The notes under the pieces were generated by a model, which ran no database searches, was not told the DNA's origin, and saw nothing but the letters and a program-made list of their open reading frames with translations. A stretch of DNA of 64,000 bases from Paraspadella gotoi (lineage: Eukaryota > Animalia > Chaetognatha), in contig CM119265.1 in assembly GCA_051294375.1 (NCBI GenBank), positions 1,666,280 to 1,730,279 on the forward strand, in the 5' to 3' direction. Below, in pieces: positions 31,519 through 45,810 of this stretch. Position 1 is the stretch's first letter, and every line of letters begins with the position of its first letter. A program made the translations under genes and the position numbers.

Positions 31519-32765
31519 GGGAAGCAAAAAGAGAGGAAGAGAGAAGAGGATGGAGAAAGCGAAAAGGAGATAAAAACAAATTATTTAAAAACCGTTAGCT
31601 GCGGAAAATGGGAGGAGGAAGAGAATGAGGAGGAAGAGGAGGAGGAAGAAGAGAATGAGGGATAGGAGGAAGAGCAGAAAGAGGAGCAAGAGGAAGAGGA
31701 TAAGAAGTAGGAAGAGAAAGAGGAGGAGGAAGAGAAGAAGGAAGAGGAGGAGGAGGAGAAGGAAGAGGAGGAGGAGGAAATAGAGGAGGTAGGAATAAAT
31801 ATTCGATTGTCTTTCATTCGATTTATGTTTTCTGCATCAAATTTCTGTCGTCGTTGTCGTCGTCGTCATCGTCGTTTTTATTGAGCTCATATTGTGTTTC
31901 TTTATGTGATCTAATTCGTTAACACTGCAGTTGACGTTGTTGTTGTCGTCGTCGTTTTTGATAAGGAGTGATCTTTTCATACAATTGAAATATTCTTTGA
32001 AATATTTTACCACTTCATTGATAAGAAAGCCAGGTACTCTGAGAGTGAATAAACGAGACTGTGAGAGTCTTGATTGAAAGCTTGCAGGGACCTGCTACGT
32101 CATTATCTTGTAAGAGTGTTGGAGGCCTTAAACCACCAAAGCTTGTCCAATATCAGGGGCAAGATAGCTTATTTATTAAATGGATGGATAATTTTCTATG
32201 GGTTTTATCAATTTCAGATAAAGAATCAGTAGATTAAGAGAAACCTCTTAACTTTTCATGCTGAGATTAAATATATTTCTATCTCTCTCTCTCTCTCTCT
32301 CACTCACTCTCTCACTCTCTCTCTCTTTCTCTCTGTTTGACCTTTCTTTGACCTCCTCTTGACTTTTAACTGACCCTTTTTTTGAAGGTCTCACTTACCC
32401 GAAACTCACGACGCAGTCCTTGCTTTTTGCTTGACGTTTTAGGTCATGTGTTTAAAGACTTGCTCAATACTCATTTTGATTGTTAACCACATCAAGCGAA
32501 TGAATTGTAACTAGAAAATTATTATGTAGATACTAATATTGTAAATATGTTTATTATGTAATGGTTAAGTCATTTATGAAACTGGTACAACTAATATAAA
32601 AATTATCCATTCATTTAATAAATAATCTATTTTGCCTCTTGACTTTAAACAAGCTTTTATTAAAATTTTATAAACTACGAAAAACTGAAAAAGAGAAAGA
32701 AAATAAATTTTATACAAAAATTTTATAAAATCTTTTCTTCTTTTTATTTTCTTGGTTTTTCGCTT
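27430..32765. repeat. About 2.6-kb inverted duplication centred on the N gap 30051-30075 (probable assembly fold-back)
   Basis: 27430-30050 is the reverse complement of 30076-32765, with many single-base indels. Confidence 0.85.
31965..32215 (+). mobile_element. Repeat family A copy (mirror copy at 28030-28275)
   Basis: Direct match to 59510-59760 in reverse. Confidence 0.85.
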
Positions 32766-32802
32766 CAGAAGAAAAAGGGAGTTGATTCGGTGAACCAGAG
32801 AA

Positions 32803-32879
<77 letters not shown>

Positions 32880-32999
32880 AAAGAGAGAGAGAGAGAGATT
32901 TTACTACCTCGAGCTAAAGCCTCAAGACCAATGGGAAGACGCCCTCCATTGAAAGACAAAACGCTCTCCTCTCCTCTCTCTTCTATCTCTCTCTCTCTC

Positions 33000-33040
<41 letters not shown>

Positions 33041-33335
33041 TCTTACAAGTAAAGCAGCGTAACATCTGTTCAGAATTAGGAGAGAGAAACTACATTGACC
33101 CTCTCCAGCCTTTTACAAGCGTCTGAAGAATGGGCAGACTTTTTTCTATTTTTTTGAATTGGGATAATAATAGTAATAATTGTACATTACATAGCATAGC
33201 ATAGCATAGCATAGCATAGCATAGTACCAGAAGAAGTGTGGTCCTTTTATACCATTCAAACATTTCATAAAAACTTTATACCACTTCTTTAATTGGAAAT
33301 AAATGAATAATAATAAATAAATAAATAAATATATA

Positions 33336-33378
<43 letters not shown>

Positions 33379-34114
33379 AAATGACTTTATGTTGGTTGTA
33401 CCAAATAAATTATTTAAAACTACCAAACAAATTGGAATTCAAGTATAAGATTCGTGATGGAGAGAATTAAAAATAAAATCAGGAAACTGAAAATCTAAAA
33501 GAGGAAAATAAAAGGAAAGCAAATCTTTTAAAGCAACGACGACGACGACAACTCGATTCCACGTGGGTTAAACTCGACTTAACCGAAGATCTTCCATCTA
33601 CCATCTAACTTTTTTCTCTTTTTCCTTTTTTCTTTTTTTTTTCTTTTCCTTTTTCCCTTCCTCCCTTCTTTCTATTTTTTACTTTTTATTTTCCTCCTTT
33701 TTTCCCTTTTTCTTCTCTGCTTTCCTTCCTCCTTCCCTTCCTCCCTTCCTTTCGTTTCTCTTTTTTTTTCTTTCACTTCCTCCCTTTCTTTCTTCCTTCC
33801 ATTTCTCTTTTCCTCCCTTTCTTTCTTCCTTACATTTTTCTTTTCCTCCCTTTCTTTCTTCCTTACATTTCTCTTTTCCTCCCTTTCTTTCTCCCTTCCA
33901 TTTCTTTCTTCCTTCCATTTCTCTTTTCCTCTCATTCTTTCTCCCTTCATATTCTCTTTTCCTTCCCTTCTTCTCTCTCTTCATTTCTCTCTCTCTCTCC
34001 TCTCTCTTCTCTTCTACACTCGCACTCTCTCTCTCTCGCTCTTCTCTCTCTCTCTCCTCTCTCTCTAGTCATTTTCCTTTATCTCTCTCCTTTTTTTTCT
34101 TTCATTTTCCTCTC

Positions 34115-34160
<46 letters not shown>

Positions 34161-34955
34161 CTTTACTCTCACTTTCTCTCTCTCTCGTGCTCATCTCTAC
34201 TCTCTCTCCTCTCTCTCTCTCTTCCTCTCGTCTCTCTCTCTCTACTTCTCTCTCTCCTCTCTCGCCCTCCTCTCTCATTTTCTTATCTCTCTCCTTTTTT
34301 TCTTTCATTTTCCTCTCTCTCTTTCTCTCCCTCCTTTACTCTGTTTTCCTCTTTTCCTGTCTCTCTTATCCCCTTCCCTTTCTTCTATATTCCTAATTCC
34401 ACGACTTCCTCTTCTTTTATCAAGTATTTGCGTTAGTTATTTACCTTCCCTCTTCCCCCCCAAAAAAAAATTAATTGGCAACTACATGCAACATTCCTAA
34501 TGTTTTCAAAAACAAAAAGCCAAATTTTTACAATAATGACTTCGACCAAAAATGAAACAAAAAAAATACGACGGTGGAATGAAAACAAATGAACAAAAAT
34601 ATCAACTGAATCGTCGGCCATTTTGTTACTATCTTCTAAGAACGACGTAAATAGATAAAAAAAAAAAGGAAAAGCAAACTCTGTCTCTCATCTTTTGCAT
34701 GCTCTCTACTTAATTATCTCTCTCTCTTTATCGCCTCTATTCTCTCTCTCTATCTCCTCCCTCTCCTCTCTACTCTCTCTCTCTCTCCTCTCTGTCCTCT
34801 CTCTCTCTCTCTTCTCAACCAAACTAATAAAAAAGCTTATCTTTTTGAGGCTAAACAGTTTTTAAATTTGGATGAAAAAAATAGAAAAAAACAAAAGGAT
34901 GTCCGACGACGACGAAACGACGACGGACCGACCGACCGACGCCGACGACGACAAA

Positions 34956-35006
<51 letters not shown>

Positions 35007-35229
35007 AGAGAGAGAGAGAGAGAGATGTCGCCCTTGAGTTGGTGGCGACGGCGACAACGACGACGAGGACGACGACGGACTAGAAAGAGAGAGAGAGATA
35101 GAGAGAGAGAGAGATTTGATTTTGATTTGATTTATTCTGCTCATAATGTAATAAAAACCAATTTACAATCACAGGATCGTAAAGAGCCGTACATGGATAT
35201 TATGTACATACAATTATGTTAAAAATATA

Positions 35230-38200
35230 AATAACAATAAAAATTCATTAATAAATAAACGAGGAAATGGTAAATTAAAAAGAAAAATTTTATATACAGA
35301 TCATCTTAAGTTTATGATGGAACCTTTCCATTTTTTACATTCCATACATTTTTCATGTTACCAATTATTTCAATAGTTTTGAAGTATCTTTTAGAATAAA
35401 TTTCTCTGAATTCGATTTTATTGTCGTCTCTAGAAAGTTTATGTTTTCCATTTAACGCAATAATTTAGACGGTGTTCTTCATCATCGAAAAGTGTTACAT
35501 TGTTCACAGATTTCTTTTAAGATCCTTTGAAGTTTTTTTCCACACTCTAGCATACCGTATCTCGCTATAAAAAGAGATCTGGTGTTTTGTTTTGTGCATT
35601 TTAGTAGTTCCTTGCATGGTTCTCTTTTGTAGTTCCATTTGTTGAGGTTATCTTATGATTTGATTTAGTTTTAGATTTACTATTTTTTCTCCATTTTCTA
35701 TTTTTATGGCAGTCGTCTAGTAATTTTTGTTTATTAATTTTTTCTATCTCTTTTTTGCACTTCGATTTCCATTGATTTTTTTTGATTTATTTTAATTGAG
35801 TTGAAATCAGTGGTTAATTTATATTTAACTAGTTTTTCTTTTATATTTTTTGGTCCATCCATGTTCATTTCATCTAACAGATTAAAAAGTTGTAACGTCC
35901 AATGTGTTTGATTTTGGTTTAAGATTTTATGGAGATAAAGCAATTGTGTTGAGATGAACTCGGCAAGTTGTGTACAAAAGACCGAAGCTGTAAATTATCG
36001 CTGGTGTTGGTATTGAAAGTGGAGGTGAAAATAATTGTTTGATTGCTTTGTATTTCTGATTTGTTCTATGATCTTCTGTTCTTTTTGTTCAGTGTCCATG
36101 TTTCAGAAGTTTGTAAGCAAACCCAGTAACATTAATCTTTTCATGAAGTTCGATAAGAACAGATGTCTCTATTTGTTTCATAACTTCATTTGAGGACATG
36201 TGTTAATTTTTCGATTGTTCATTTGTAATTTTTTCTTTCGGTTTCTAAGTTTTCATGTATTTTTACCATCTTTACTTATAATATCTCCTAGGTACTTATA
36301 TGAAGTGCAATTTTCCAATTTTTATATTCCAAGTTCCATTTTTCTCGTTTGTCCACTATTTTCCCAATTTGCATTACCATTGTCTTGCTTTGACCCCATT
36401 TCTTAGTTTGTGTCTAGCAGCCCAATCGTCTAATTTTTCAAGAACTTTTTCTTGGTTTTTGACGCCTTCTACACAAGTGACAACATGCGTCAACCCAGAG
36501 TAGAAGCCCCAATTGCAAATTTGTTGTGACTTTAATGGATCTCAGAGCATCACTCATTTCTTCTGCAATTGTATCCATCTGCTTGAAAATAATCTACCTG
36601 TAGGCGAGAGCCCTGTTTCCTCCAATTTCCATTTTTATTTGACGTTGTTAGCCCGTACCGTGTTGTTTATCTGGCACAAAGATTTTCATTTAGTTTAATT
36701 TCAGAATTCGCCATATTTTTCCTCTTAAACCTTTTTCCCACATTATTACTAACATGTCTTCAGTGTCGGCATGGATCAAATGCTTTTGTCACGTCATAGA
36801 AAGTTAGAACATATTTCTCTTTTGTTCTGAATAACTTGAAATTAAGGATCGTGATAATAAAAACATGATCGTAAGTTGAGCATCCTTTTGTTCCTCCACC
36901 TGTGTGCTGGGTAAATGGGGACATTTGTTGTATTTTTTGATCAAGAAATTCTTCTAGAATTGTACTGATGGATGATGAAACTGTAATTGGACGGTGTTTA
37001 TCAGTTTTCTTTATCGCCCTTACCTTTCCATACGCTGGTAATAATGCCTTCATTCCAGCTTTGAGGTATTTTTTCTTTCTTCCCAGATTGTTGAAAGTAG
37101 TTGATAAATATATTTTTTGTCATTTCTTGTTTGTGTATTTTTAAGCATTCATTTTTAATATCCGTGGTTGTTTTTCCATTCTTTTTCTTTTCTATAATAT
37201 CAGATTATTTGTCGTTTGTGTCGGTGGTTTATTAAATTCTAAACTTTCAAATCTCGGTTTTTATCATATTTAATGAAATTTAGTTTAACTTTCTCGTGAA
37301 TGGTGATATCTCACGTTACATCTTTTTTATATATGTTTTCGTAATAGGATGCTAATTTTCCATTTTTCTTCAGGCTGTATAATCTTTCTCCATTATTGTT
37401 TTTTTGTTATGTAGACATTCTAAAAATGTGATCTGTTGTAATGCCTTTTGTTTCTTTCCAAAATAAACCACGGGTTGAGTACTTAAATTGATTTAAATTT
37501 TTTTGTAAGTTTTTAATTTTTTTCGTTTAATATTTGGTTTCTTATTTTTTTCCTGACAAGTTCTCAATTTTTTTTTTTAAATTAGTTTTCTCATTCATGT
37601 CTCTTTCATTATTATAGCTTTTTTAATTTTTTGTTTTTCTTTTCTCAGTTGTTTTATCGTATTTGAGGAATTGTTCCTTTTTTTTTAATTTAATAGTGGT
37701 TTTTCTATAGATTCATCGCAGCTGATTCAACTTCACGGATCCATTTTTTATACCTTGTATTTATACCAGGTTTTGATTTTTTGTATTATAGTTTTAATTG
37801 TTTCTTGGTAGGTGGTTTAAACTCTTTTTTAAACAAATTCACTTCTGTGGTGGTGCTCGGATATTCCAAGTGATTGGTTTTTTGTATTGCGGGGTGGGCT
37901 ATGTTTTGTTAGATTAAGACGAGTTAAGATAGTGTTGTGATCAGTGTTTATTTTTCCCTTTTATTTTCATTATACCGTCTTCGTCAATAAGCACCTGTTG
38001 TATCCATTCTGATACGTTTGACTTACTACATAAAATCAATTGCTGATATTCATTTTATGTTTTGGTGTTTTCCTTGTGATTTATTCCTATACATTTAAGT
38101 TGTTATTCATGATAATAAGATTGGTTTCGTTTAAGACATCAAGTAATAGTTTACCGTTACGGCTAATGTCTTCTCCTAATATCCCAATTTTAGCATTTCC

Positions 38201-39790
38201 GTCCATCGCTAGAAGATTTCTCCTTCATTTGCTATTTCAGTTATCTCTTCGGCTAATAGTTCATTTCTTGTTTCGATTTCTGCTTTTGATGTTCTAGTTT
38301 CTTGTTTGCCATAGTATGTACCAATCAGTATATGTCTATTATTTTTCCTTCTTATACTGATCCATAATATTTTCTAAGTCTCTTTCAGATTTATGGACGG
38401 CTGTGATATTTGTTAGTCATTTCTCAATAAGAATTCCTACTCCCCGCCTTGTTTGTCTTGTCGGGTTTTACTAAAATAAGTGTATCCTTTTATTTCAATG
38501 CCGCTGTCACAACGCAATTGTGTTTCAGTTATTAAGAATATTTCAGGGTTATGTTCATGTAATAATTCTGTTATGGCTTGAGCGTTTTCCTTTTAAACCT
38601 CTAACGTTTGAATACATATGTTCCATTTGATTTGTTTTATTTTGTATCTTCTTGTCATTTTGCACTTATTTTATTTTAGGATAAGGTGATGTTTCGTTTT
38701 CTGGAGGTCGTATTTGGTCATTTTGCTCATGATCTCAAGGTCGGGTATGATAAGGTTAGTGGATTGGTGTGTTTGCATTTTTCTTATGGTAGAGAGGCAA
38801 TGTTGTTCATGTTGGAAATAGAAAAAGGCTCTTTTTAATATCTTTTGCAAGAATTTTAGTTCCAAGGCATTGTAGTGCATACTGAAAAGACACTTGATCT
38901 GAGTTTCCAGTAGATTGTCGCGAAAGTTTTTGTACTAATGAAGTTACTTCAGTATTTACTGCCAATTTTTGTAAACGTTGGTTTATCTCAATTTGGATGT
39001 CGCTTAAGGGAGGAAGGCGGTAAGGTGTTGTCGTGGCTTTGAAATATGCTATTGTATGAGATTTGCATATTGAGTGTTTTTTCGCAATTTGTTTAGCGAT
39101 AGACCTTTTCTACTGTCATTAAGACCAATGTTTAAAACAAATGTCAGTTACTTTTTCTGTTTCTATATTTTTTGGAACCGACTGTATAGCATCATCGATG
39201 GAATAATGTACTACTCTTTGTACATGTGAATCTGGTTGAGTTGTTGAGGTTTAAGTTTGTGGCCATTTGAATCGTGAACTATTAGAACGATTGGTTTTTT
39301 CAACTGTGAGTTCTTGCTTCATTATGGTTTTGCTTTTTTTGGTTATAGGTGGGTTAGAAGTGTTGTGATCTTGTATTTCTTTTTGTGTTTGGGTGTTTAG
39401 AGTTAGAGAATTGGGAGAGGTGTGAGTAAGTTTTCGTAATCTGCGTGTGTGTTGAAGTTGGTTTCGAATTTTTCTAATGCATGGGATATTTCGTTTTTTA
39501 TGATTTTATGATTGGTCTAAACAAGTGTTGATTGTTCGTTTTTTCTGTTAGATTTTTCAACTGTAATGTTGAGATCATTTATTTTATTGTTCAAATCTTC
39601 TGTTGTTTTTGTCTGACTCTTTTTTCATCTTGTAAAGTTGAAAAGAGAGATTCGATTTGTATTTGTTGCTTTTTAATGACCTCATGGTCATTCTGGTATA
39701 TTTGTTTTCTATTAAGGCCGTTACTTTTCCAAGTGTTCTTCAATTGTTAAAATTTTTAGTGGTAACCACATTATTCATATGTGAATTCTC
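35230..39790 (-). mobile_element. Decayed near-full-length non-LTR retrotransposon (LINE): coiled-coil/esterase-like ORF1, APE endonuclease plus RT ORF2
   Basis: MYSNVRGLKGK...ITELLHEHNPEIFLITETQL (APE domain, about 38515-38625); HRPITVSSSISTILE...GGTKGCSTYDHVFI...FYDVTKAFD (RT, 36760-37050); ORF1 has VLIVHDSNG and an IGLND-like SGNH block. Many frameshifts. Clade (RTEX/L2/CR1-like) not resolved. Confidence 0.85.
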
Positions 39791-40002
39791 TTTTTTTTCA
39801 CTTACCTATTCAACGTTGACAAGAAAATATCAAATTTCTCTCATTTTTCACGCTAAAGTAAATTCTATATCAACGCCTGCAAGAAAAAGGCAAGAGAGAG
39901 AGAGAGAGACGAAAAAGCAGAGACGGAGGAGAGAGAGAGCGAAAGTGAGTAAACATGATTCCTGCACTCTCTCTCTCTCTGCTCTCTCTCTCATCTCTCT
40001 CA

Positions 40003-40041
<39 letters not shown>

Positions 40042-40288
40042 TGCCTTTTTGCAGGGCGTTGGATATAGAATTTACTTTAGCGAAAAATGAGAGAAATTTG
40101 ATATTTTCTTGTCAACGTTGAATAGGTAAGTGAATAGGAATGAAGAAAAAAGGAAAGAAGAGAAATAAGGAAGGAAGGAAGGAAGGAAGGAAGGAAGGAA
40201 GGAGGGAAGGAAGGAAGGAAGGGGAGGAAGAAAGAAAGGTTTCTTTTCTTTTCTTTTCTTTCGCTCATTTGTTCGAGTCTCTGACGTC

Positions 40289-40320
<32 letters not shown>

Positions 40321-41216
40321 CTTTCTCCGATGAACAGAAACTAAATCTCGGATTTAGATTTTTTGTTTCTCTTTTTTTTTCTTTTTTCCTTCTTACGATT
40401 TCTTTTTTTCTTCTATTAGGTGTAGCCGCACTCAATGGGGTGATTCAAAAATTTCAGTGAGTCCATGGTGAAACGAAAATTTATACATATTTAAGTTTAC
40501 TTTCAATGGAAAAAAAATTTTATATGGCTCTGTACCTTAGTAATTGATTTTTTAATATTTATTTTTAGATAGGAAAGGCCAAACAATTTTTTGAGAAATT
40601 TTAAATTTTAAGACCAGATTCAGATAGCTTATAAAATTAAATGTAATTATATTTCTTGTTTAACTTTTTATGCTTTATCAAAATCCATCAAAAATTTTGA
40701 GATTTCAAAAAAAAAACATTTTTCTCTATATAGTAATATAATACCCTAAGAAGAAAGAATTTTTGACACAAAATATTTTAATACTATAATCTAGGCTCAT
40801 GATAAATTATTTTAACGCTGTATAAATTAGCATTTAAATTTCATCGGCCATGGCGCTTCTATTTCCCTTTTTTTTTTAAATTTCTTTACTAATTGGAACG
40901 AGATAGAAAAATAGTTTTCTTAAAATATCTCATATTTATATATGTATATACAGATATATATTTTCAGGTAAGAAAACCAAAAAAATTTAAAAATAAAAAC
41001 AATAATAAGAAAAAAAGAATAAAGAAAGAAAGAAAGAAAGACAAATAATGTATAATGTATAATGTAAAAAAAAACAAAGGAATTAAAAACGAAATAACAA
41101 AAAAGAAGAGGAGGAGGAGGAGGAGGAGCAAAAGGAGGAAGAGGAGGAGAGAGAAGACGGAAGTTCGTTTGATCGCCCGCACGTGCGTTCGTGAGAAAAC
41201 GAGAGAGAGAGAGAGC

Positions 41217-41250
<34 letters not shown>

Positions 41251-41368
41251 AATAAAGTAAGAAATAAGAAAGAAGTGGTAGTGTCCGGATTCAAAGAGAA
41301 GGAGAGAGAGAGAGAGAAGAGAGAGAGAGACAGAGAAGAGAGAGAGAAAGAGAGAGAGAGACAGAGAG

Positions 41369-41412
<44 letters not shown>

Positions 41413-41520
41413 ACAGAGAGAGAGAGGAGAAAGACAAAGAAAGAGAGAGACAGAGAGAGAGAGGGAGAGAGACAAAGAAAGAGAGAGACAGAGAGAGAGA
41501 GAGACAGAGAGAGAAAGAGA

Positions 41521-41578
<58 letters not shown>

Positions 41579-41650
41579 TAACCAGTTTTTCATCATTTAG
41601 AATGTCTCCGGATTGAGATTAAAGGCGCTCTCCTCTCTCTTCTCTCTCTC

Positions 41651-41702
<52 letters not shown>

Positions 41703-41804
41703 CTCTTTCACTCTCTCTCTCGTTCCATCTCCGCATTAAAGGTTTTCATAAAAAACAATAGTTGGGAATCAGTGTGTGATAATGAAAACAATAAAATATG
41801 TAGG

Positions 41805-42592
41805 AATAAGTTTGAGCAAACAATGTCGGATCTGCCTACGATAATTAAGTGGTAATAAGCTAATCCGATGATAAATTCCGACAATTCTTTCTGACTTTCA
41901 ATTTGTGATCTTAAAAGATTATAACAAATCATAACACAACTGACTTCTTTATAAATCTATGAAAAAATATACGTATAAATTAACTGATCTTTCAATCATT
42001 ACCAGGAGCTGCGCCAATACCAACATATATAATTTGGTCAACTTGCATAATTTAGTCAATTGGCATAATTTGATCAACTTGCATAATTTGATCAACTTGC
42101 ATATTTTTTTATGATTTTTTTTATAACAGATCTAATAAATCTTATAAATCATAACAGATTTCTTAATTAATCATTAAAAAAATATATCAATCGATCAGTC
42201 AATCAACTTAAAAATTAGCTAATTATTGACTTTATCTGAGAATAAGAGAGAGTTAGAGAGAGAGAGTTAGAGAGAGAGAGAGAAATAGAGACTTTAATAA
42301 ACTTCAGTAAATGTGACCTTTGTTTTTTCTAGTAAAACTTATTTTCACTTGCACGATTCCATCGAAACTTTATTTCCAGCTCAATCACACACTTTTCTAC
42401 CCACACCCAAAATTTCATTCCAATTGCTTAGGACGGACGGATGGCCGGACATCTTTTTTTGAATAATTTATCATAATTTGATGTTCTGACATGATTTAAG
42501 TGAATGCCCGATAAGATTGAGGGGGCGGACCGACGGGCCGACAAAGTGAATTATAGAGTCGGAATCTGCTGATAAGCAGACCCGACTAAAAA
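41805..42592 (-). mobile_element. HINE/DINE-like family 1 copy
   Basis: Ends AAGTTTGAGCAAACAATGTCGGATCTGC ... CTGCTGATAAGCAGACCCGACTAAAA are the reverse complement of the ends of 15736-18507. Confidence 0.8.
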
Positions 42593-42755
42593 GCGAAAAA
42601 GGGAAAAACATAAAGAAATAAAAGATAAAATCCTAAAAATAAAATAAATTAAAAAGTGAAAAAAATTTGGAAATTAAAAAATTGACTAAAAATTAAAAAG
42701 AAAAACATTTTGACAGAAAGATTAATTTTGAAAAAAAAACTGCATTCGCTTAAAG

Positions 42756-43604
42756 AACAAGTTTGAGCAAACAATGTCGGATCTGTCCACTATAATTTAG
42801 TGGTAAGTAGCTAATCAGATGATTAATTATAATCAGATAATCAGATGATTAATTATAATCAGATAATCAGATAATTAATTATAATCAGATAATCAGATGA
42901 TTAATTATAATCAGATAATCAGATAATTAATTTTAATCAGATAATCAGATGATTAATTAAAATCAGATAATCAGATGATTAATTTTAATCAGATAATCAG
43001 ATGATTAATTTTAACGAATCTTGTATTTTTCAAAAAATATTTTATTTTATCATATACATATAGGTTATAGGTTATAGGTTATATTGGTTGTACCAATTTC
43101 ATTGCCTACTTTCTTCATTGTTATTTTTAATATTTATTTTTTATTGTATAGATTTTTCTAATTTCAAATTTTTTATCTCAATCCATCCATCCAATCATGA
43201 GTAAATGGAGTTTTTTACTAAAGGGGGATGGACGGACGGAAGGACAGACAGACAGACAGATAGACGGATGGACTTCATTTTTTTAATAACTTTTCGTTTT
43301 CGTTTTTTCGAATTGTATTAGATATTGGCAAAGTTTTTACTTTTTTCGACGATTTTATTTCATAATAGAAACGGACATGTTTCGGCTTGTTGTTCAAAAT
43401 TTGTAAAAAAATTGTAAACGCCAAAGAAGTCTTAAACAACAAATAAAATAGTTGTAAAAAGTAAAAACTTTGCCAATCTCTGAATAATTTATCATAATTT
43501 GATGTTCTAACATGATGTAAGTGAATGACCGACAAGATTGGGAGGTGGACCGACAAACCGACAAAGTAGTTTATCGAGTCGCAATAAGCAGATCCGACTA
43601 AAAA
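42756..43604 (-). mobile_element. HINE/DINE-like family 1 copy with internal 27-bp tandem array (42813-43013)
   Basis: Same termini, a GGAC/AGAC microsatellite, and unit TAATCAGATGATTAATTATAATCAGAT. Confidence 0.8.
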
Positions 43605-45110
43605 TGAATAAAAGGATAAATATTTGGGATATATAATTAAATATCGATAAAGAATTCAGCGTGCGCGATTCAAACTTGATTTCAAAGGCAGTCGAAAAAG
43701 ATGCGAACGTTTAAACGCGGTTCTTTATATGCAATCTTTTAAATGCAGTCGTTTAAATGCGGTTCATTAAATGCGGACGTTTAAATGCAGTCGTTTAAAT
43801 GCGATCCTTTAAGTGTAATAGTTTAAATGTAGTTCAAATGCAGCCAAAATAAAATACGAGATTTGGTGATTTCGTTGTTATCTTTTCGGTGTCATATTAA
43901 TGCTAATTTTGTGGTCAGCTCACAAAAAGAATTTGATTTAATTAAATTATCCCTTTAATCAATTGTAACCGTTAATTCTTGATAAAAATACGAACTAATT
44001 AAAATTTATTTAAAACATTTTTTTAACGAATTCTAATTATAGTCTTGAAAAGTCGTCGGAATAATGAGCCATTTTACTTTCAAGGAAAAAAAAGAATTAA
44101 TTTGGACACAAAAATCATAAAAAGAAAAATGAATCTTGACCCAAGTTAGTTTAAATTTCCATCCCAAAAAAAAAAGAATAAGTTTTTAAAAATCAAGTAA
44201 ATTATGAACGCTGCTCTTTTTTGTCAGTTGACCACAAAACTCGTTGCGACAGAGAAATAAAATGAATGTCTAGAAGAAAAACATTTTTTTAAATTTTTTT
44301 TTAGTATTTATTATCATTTTGCTACAGTAGTTTTTGTTACATAAAAATTGTAAATATTTTTGTAGAAACAATGTTTTTTTTCTAAACTTAATATCCGTGT
44401 TATTTGTCAAAGACGATCGAGAAAATGCGAGGAAAAAAACACGTAATTTATAAATGTTATAATGATATCTTTATTGATATCATTAGTACAAAGGTGTGCG
44501 GAATAAATGAATACACATCGAAGTCGCCGATAAATAGGAGCATTCCTTTTTTTAGGGATTATTGTTTTTCGTGTCGTAATTAAAAAATAACTTTTTCGGT
44601 CCTTTTTAACATTTTTTTCTTTTTTTTTATTTAATTTTAGTTTTGTTTTTTTTTATTCGCGCAATGAAGTATTTTCTCCCAACAAACGTGTATTCTTAAG
44701 CAATAACATAGGCAACCGGCCGTAAAAATGTTATCCCCCTAAGAATACGCGCGCATCGGAAAAAATTGATTGATTGATTGATTGATTGTTCCTTTTGCCA
44801 AAAGTTTTGGTTTATCTTTTGGCGATTTGAATTTTTGTTTTGGTTTGAGTTATTGATTGATAGCAAGTACAGGGTAACGCCGATAAAAAAATATTTATTC
44901 TTAGGCACAATAAAGTTTATTTAATAATCTAATTTAATTAGTATCGTATATCCTAACAAATTTGTCTTTGTTTTTTCTTTCCTGAGTTTTTGTCTTTTCT
45001 TCTAAATAATTATTCTTTTTTCTTCTTTTATCTTCTTTTTTTTTTCTCCTTAATGAATCAATTGTGAATTTAATGGGAAGGAAATTGTGAGTGATTTTGA
45101 AGAGGTTGAA

Positions 45111-45183
<73 letters not shown>

Positions 45184-45339
45184 AGAGAGGTTGAGGAAAG
45201 GAAAGATATGAGACAGCGAAAAAAAGATCAAGGACGCCATCTTGAGGAGAAAATAGAAAAATGAAGAAGAGAGAATTCCAGTCAAGAATCTTCGCTGTCA
45301 GAATCACTTTTTTTTCTTTGAGGCTGAAGACCAAATTGG

Positions 45340-45810
45340 TTTAAAAAGAAGAAAAAAGGAGGAAAGAAAAAGAAAAAAGAGGAAAGGAAAGAAAAAAAGG
45401 AAAATGGAAGGGAAAAAAGGAAAAAAAGAAAATTTAGGAAAGGAAAAAAAGGAAAATAGGAGGGAAAAAAGAGAAAAAAAATTAAAAAATGAAAATGAAG
45501 GAAAGGAAAAAAAATGGGAAAATGGAGGAAAGAAAAAAAAAGGAAAATTGAGGAAAGAAAAAAAAGGAAAAAAGGAGGGAAAAAGGAAAAAAGGAAGAAA
45601 GAAAAAAATGGGAAATGGAATAAAAAAGAAAAGAAAAATGGAGGAAAAAATAAGAAAATGGAGAAAAGAAAAGAAAAAATGGGAAAATGGAGGAAAGAAA
45701 AGAAAAAAATGGAAAATGGAAGAAAGAAAAGAAAAAAAATTGAAAAAAAAATGAAAGAAAAGAAAAAAAGAAAAAAGGAGGAAAGAAAATAAAAAGAAGA
45801 GAAAGAACAA
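45340..45810. repeat. Purine-rich (G/A) low-complexity tract
   Basis: Degenerate GGAAAA/AAATGG repeats; the overlapping Phe-rich and Lys-rich ORFs are artefacts. Confidence 0.9.

Noticed and set aside
25480-35110. Numerous ORFs rich in ER/SL/RE, poly-F or DRPT
   Set aside because: They are translations of (GA)n, (CT)n, (GAG)n and (CCGA)n microsatellites or run through N gaps.
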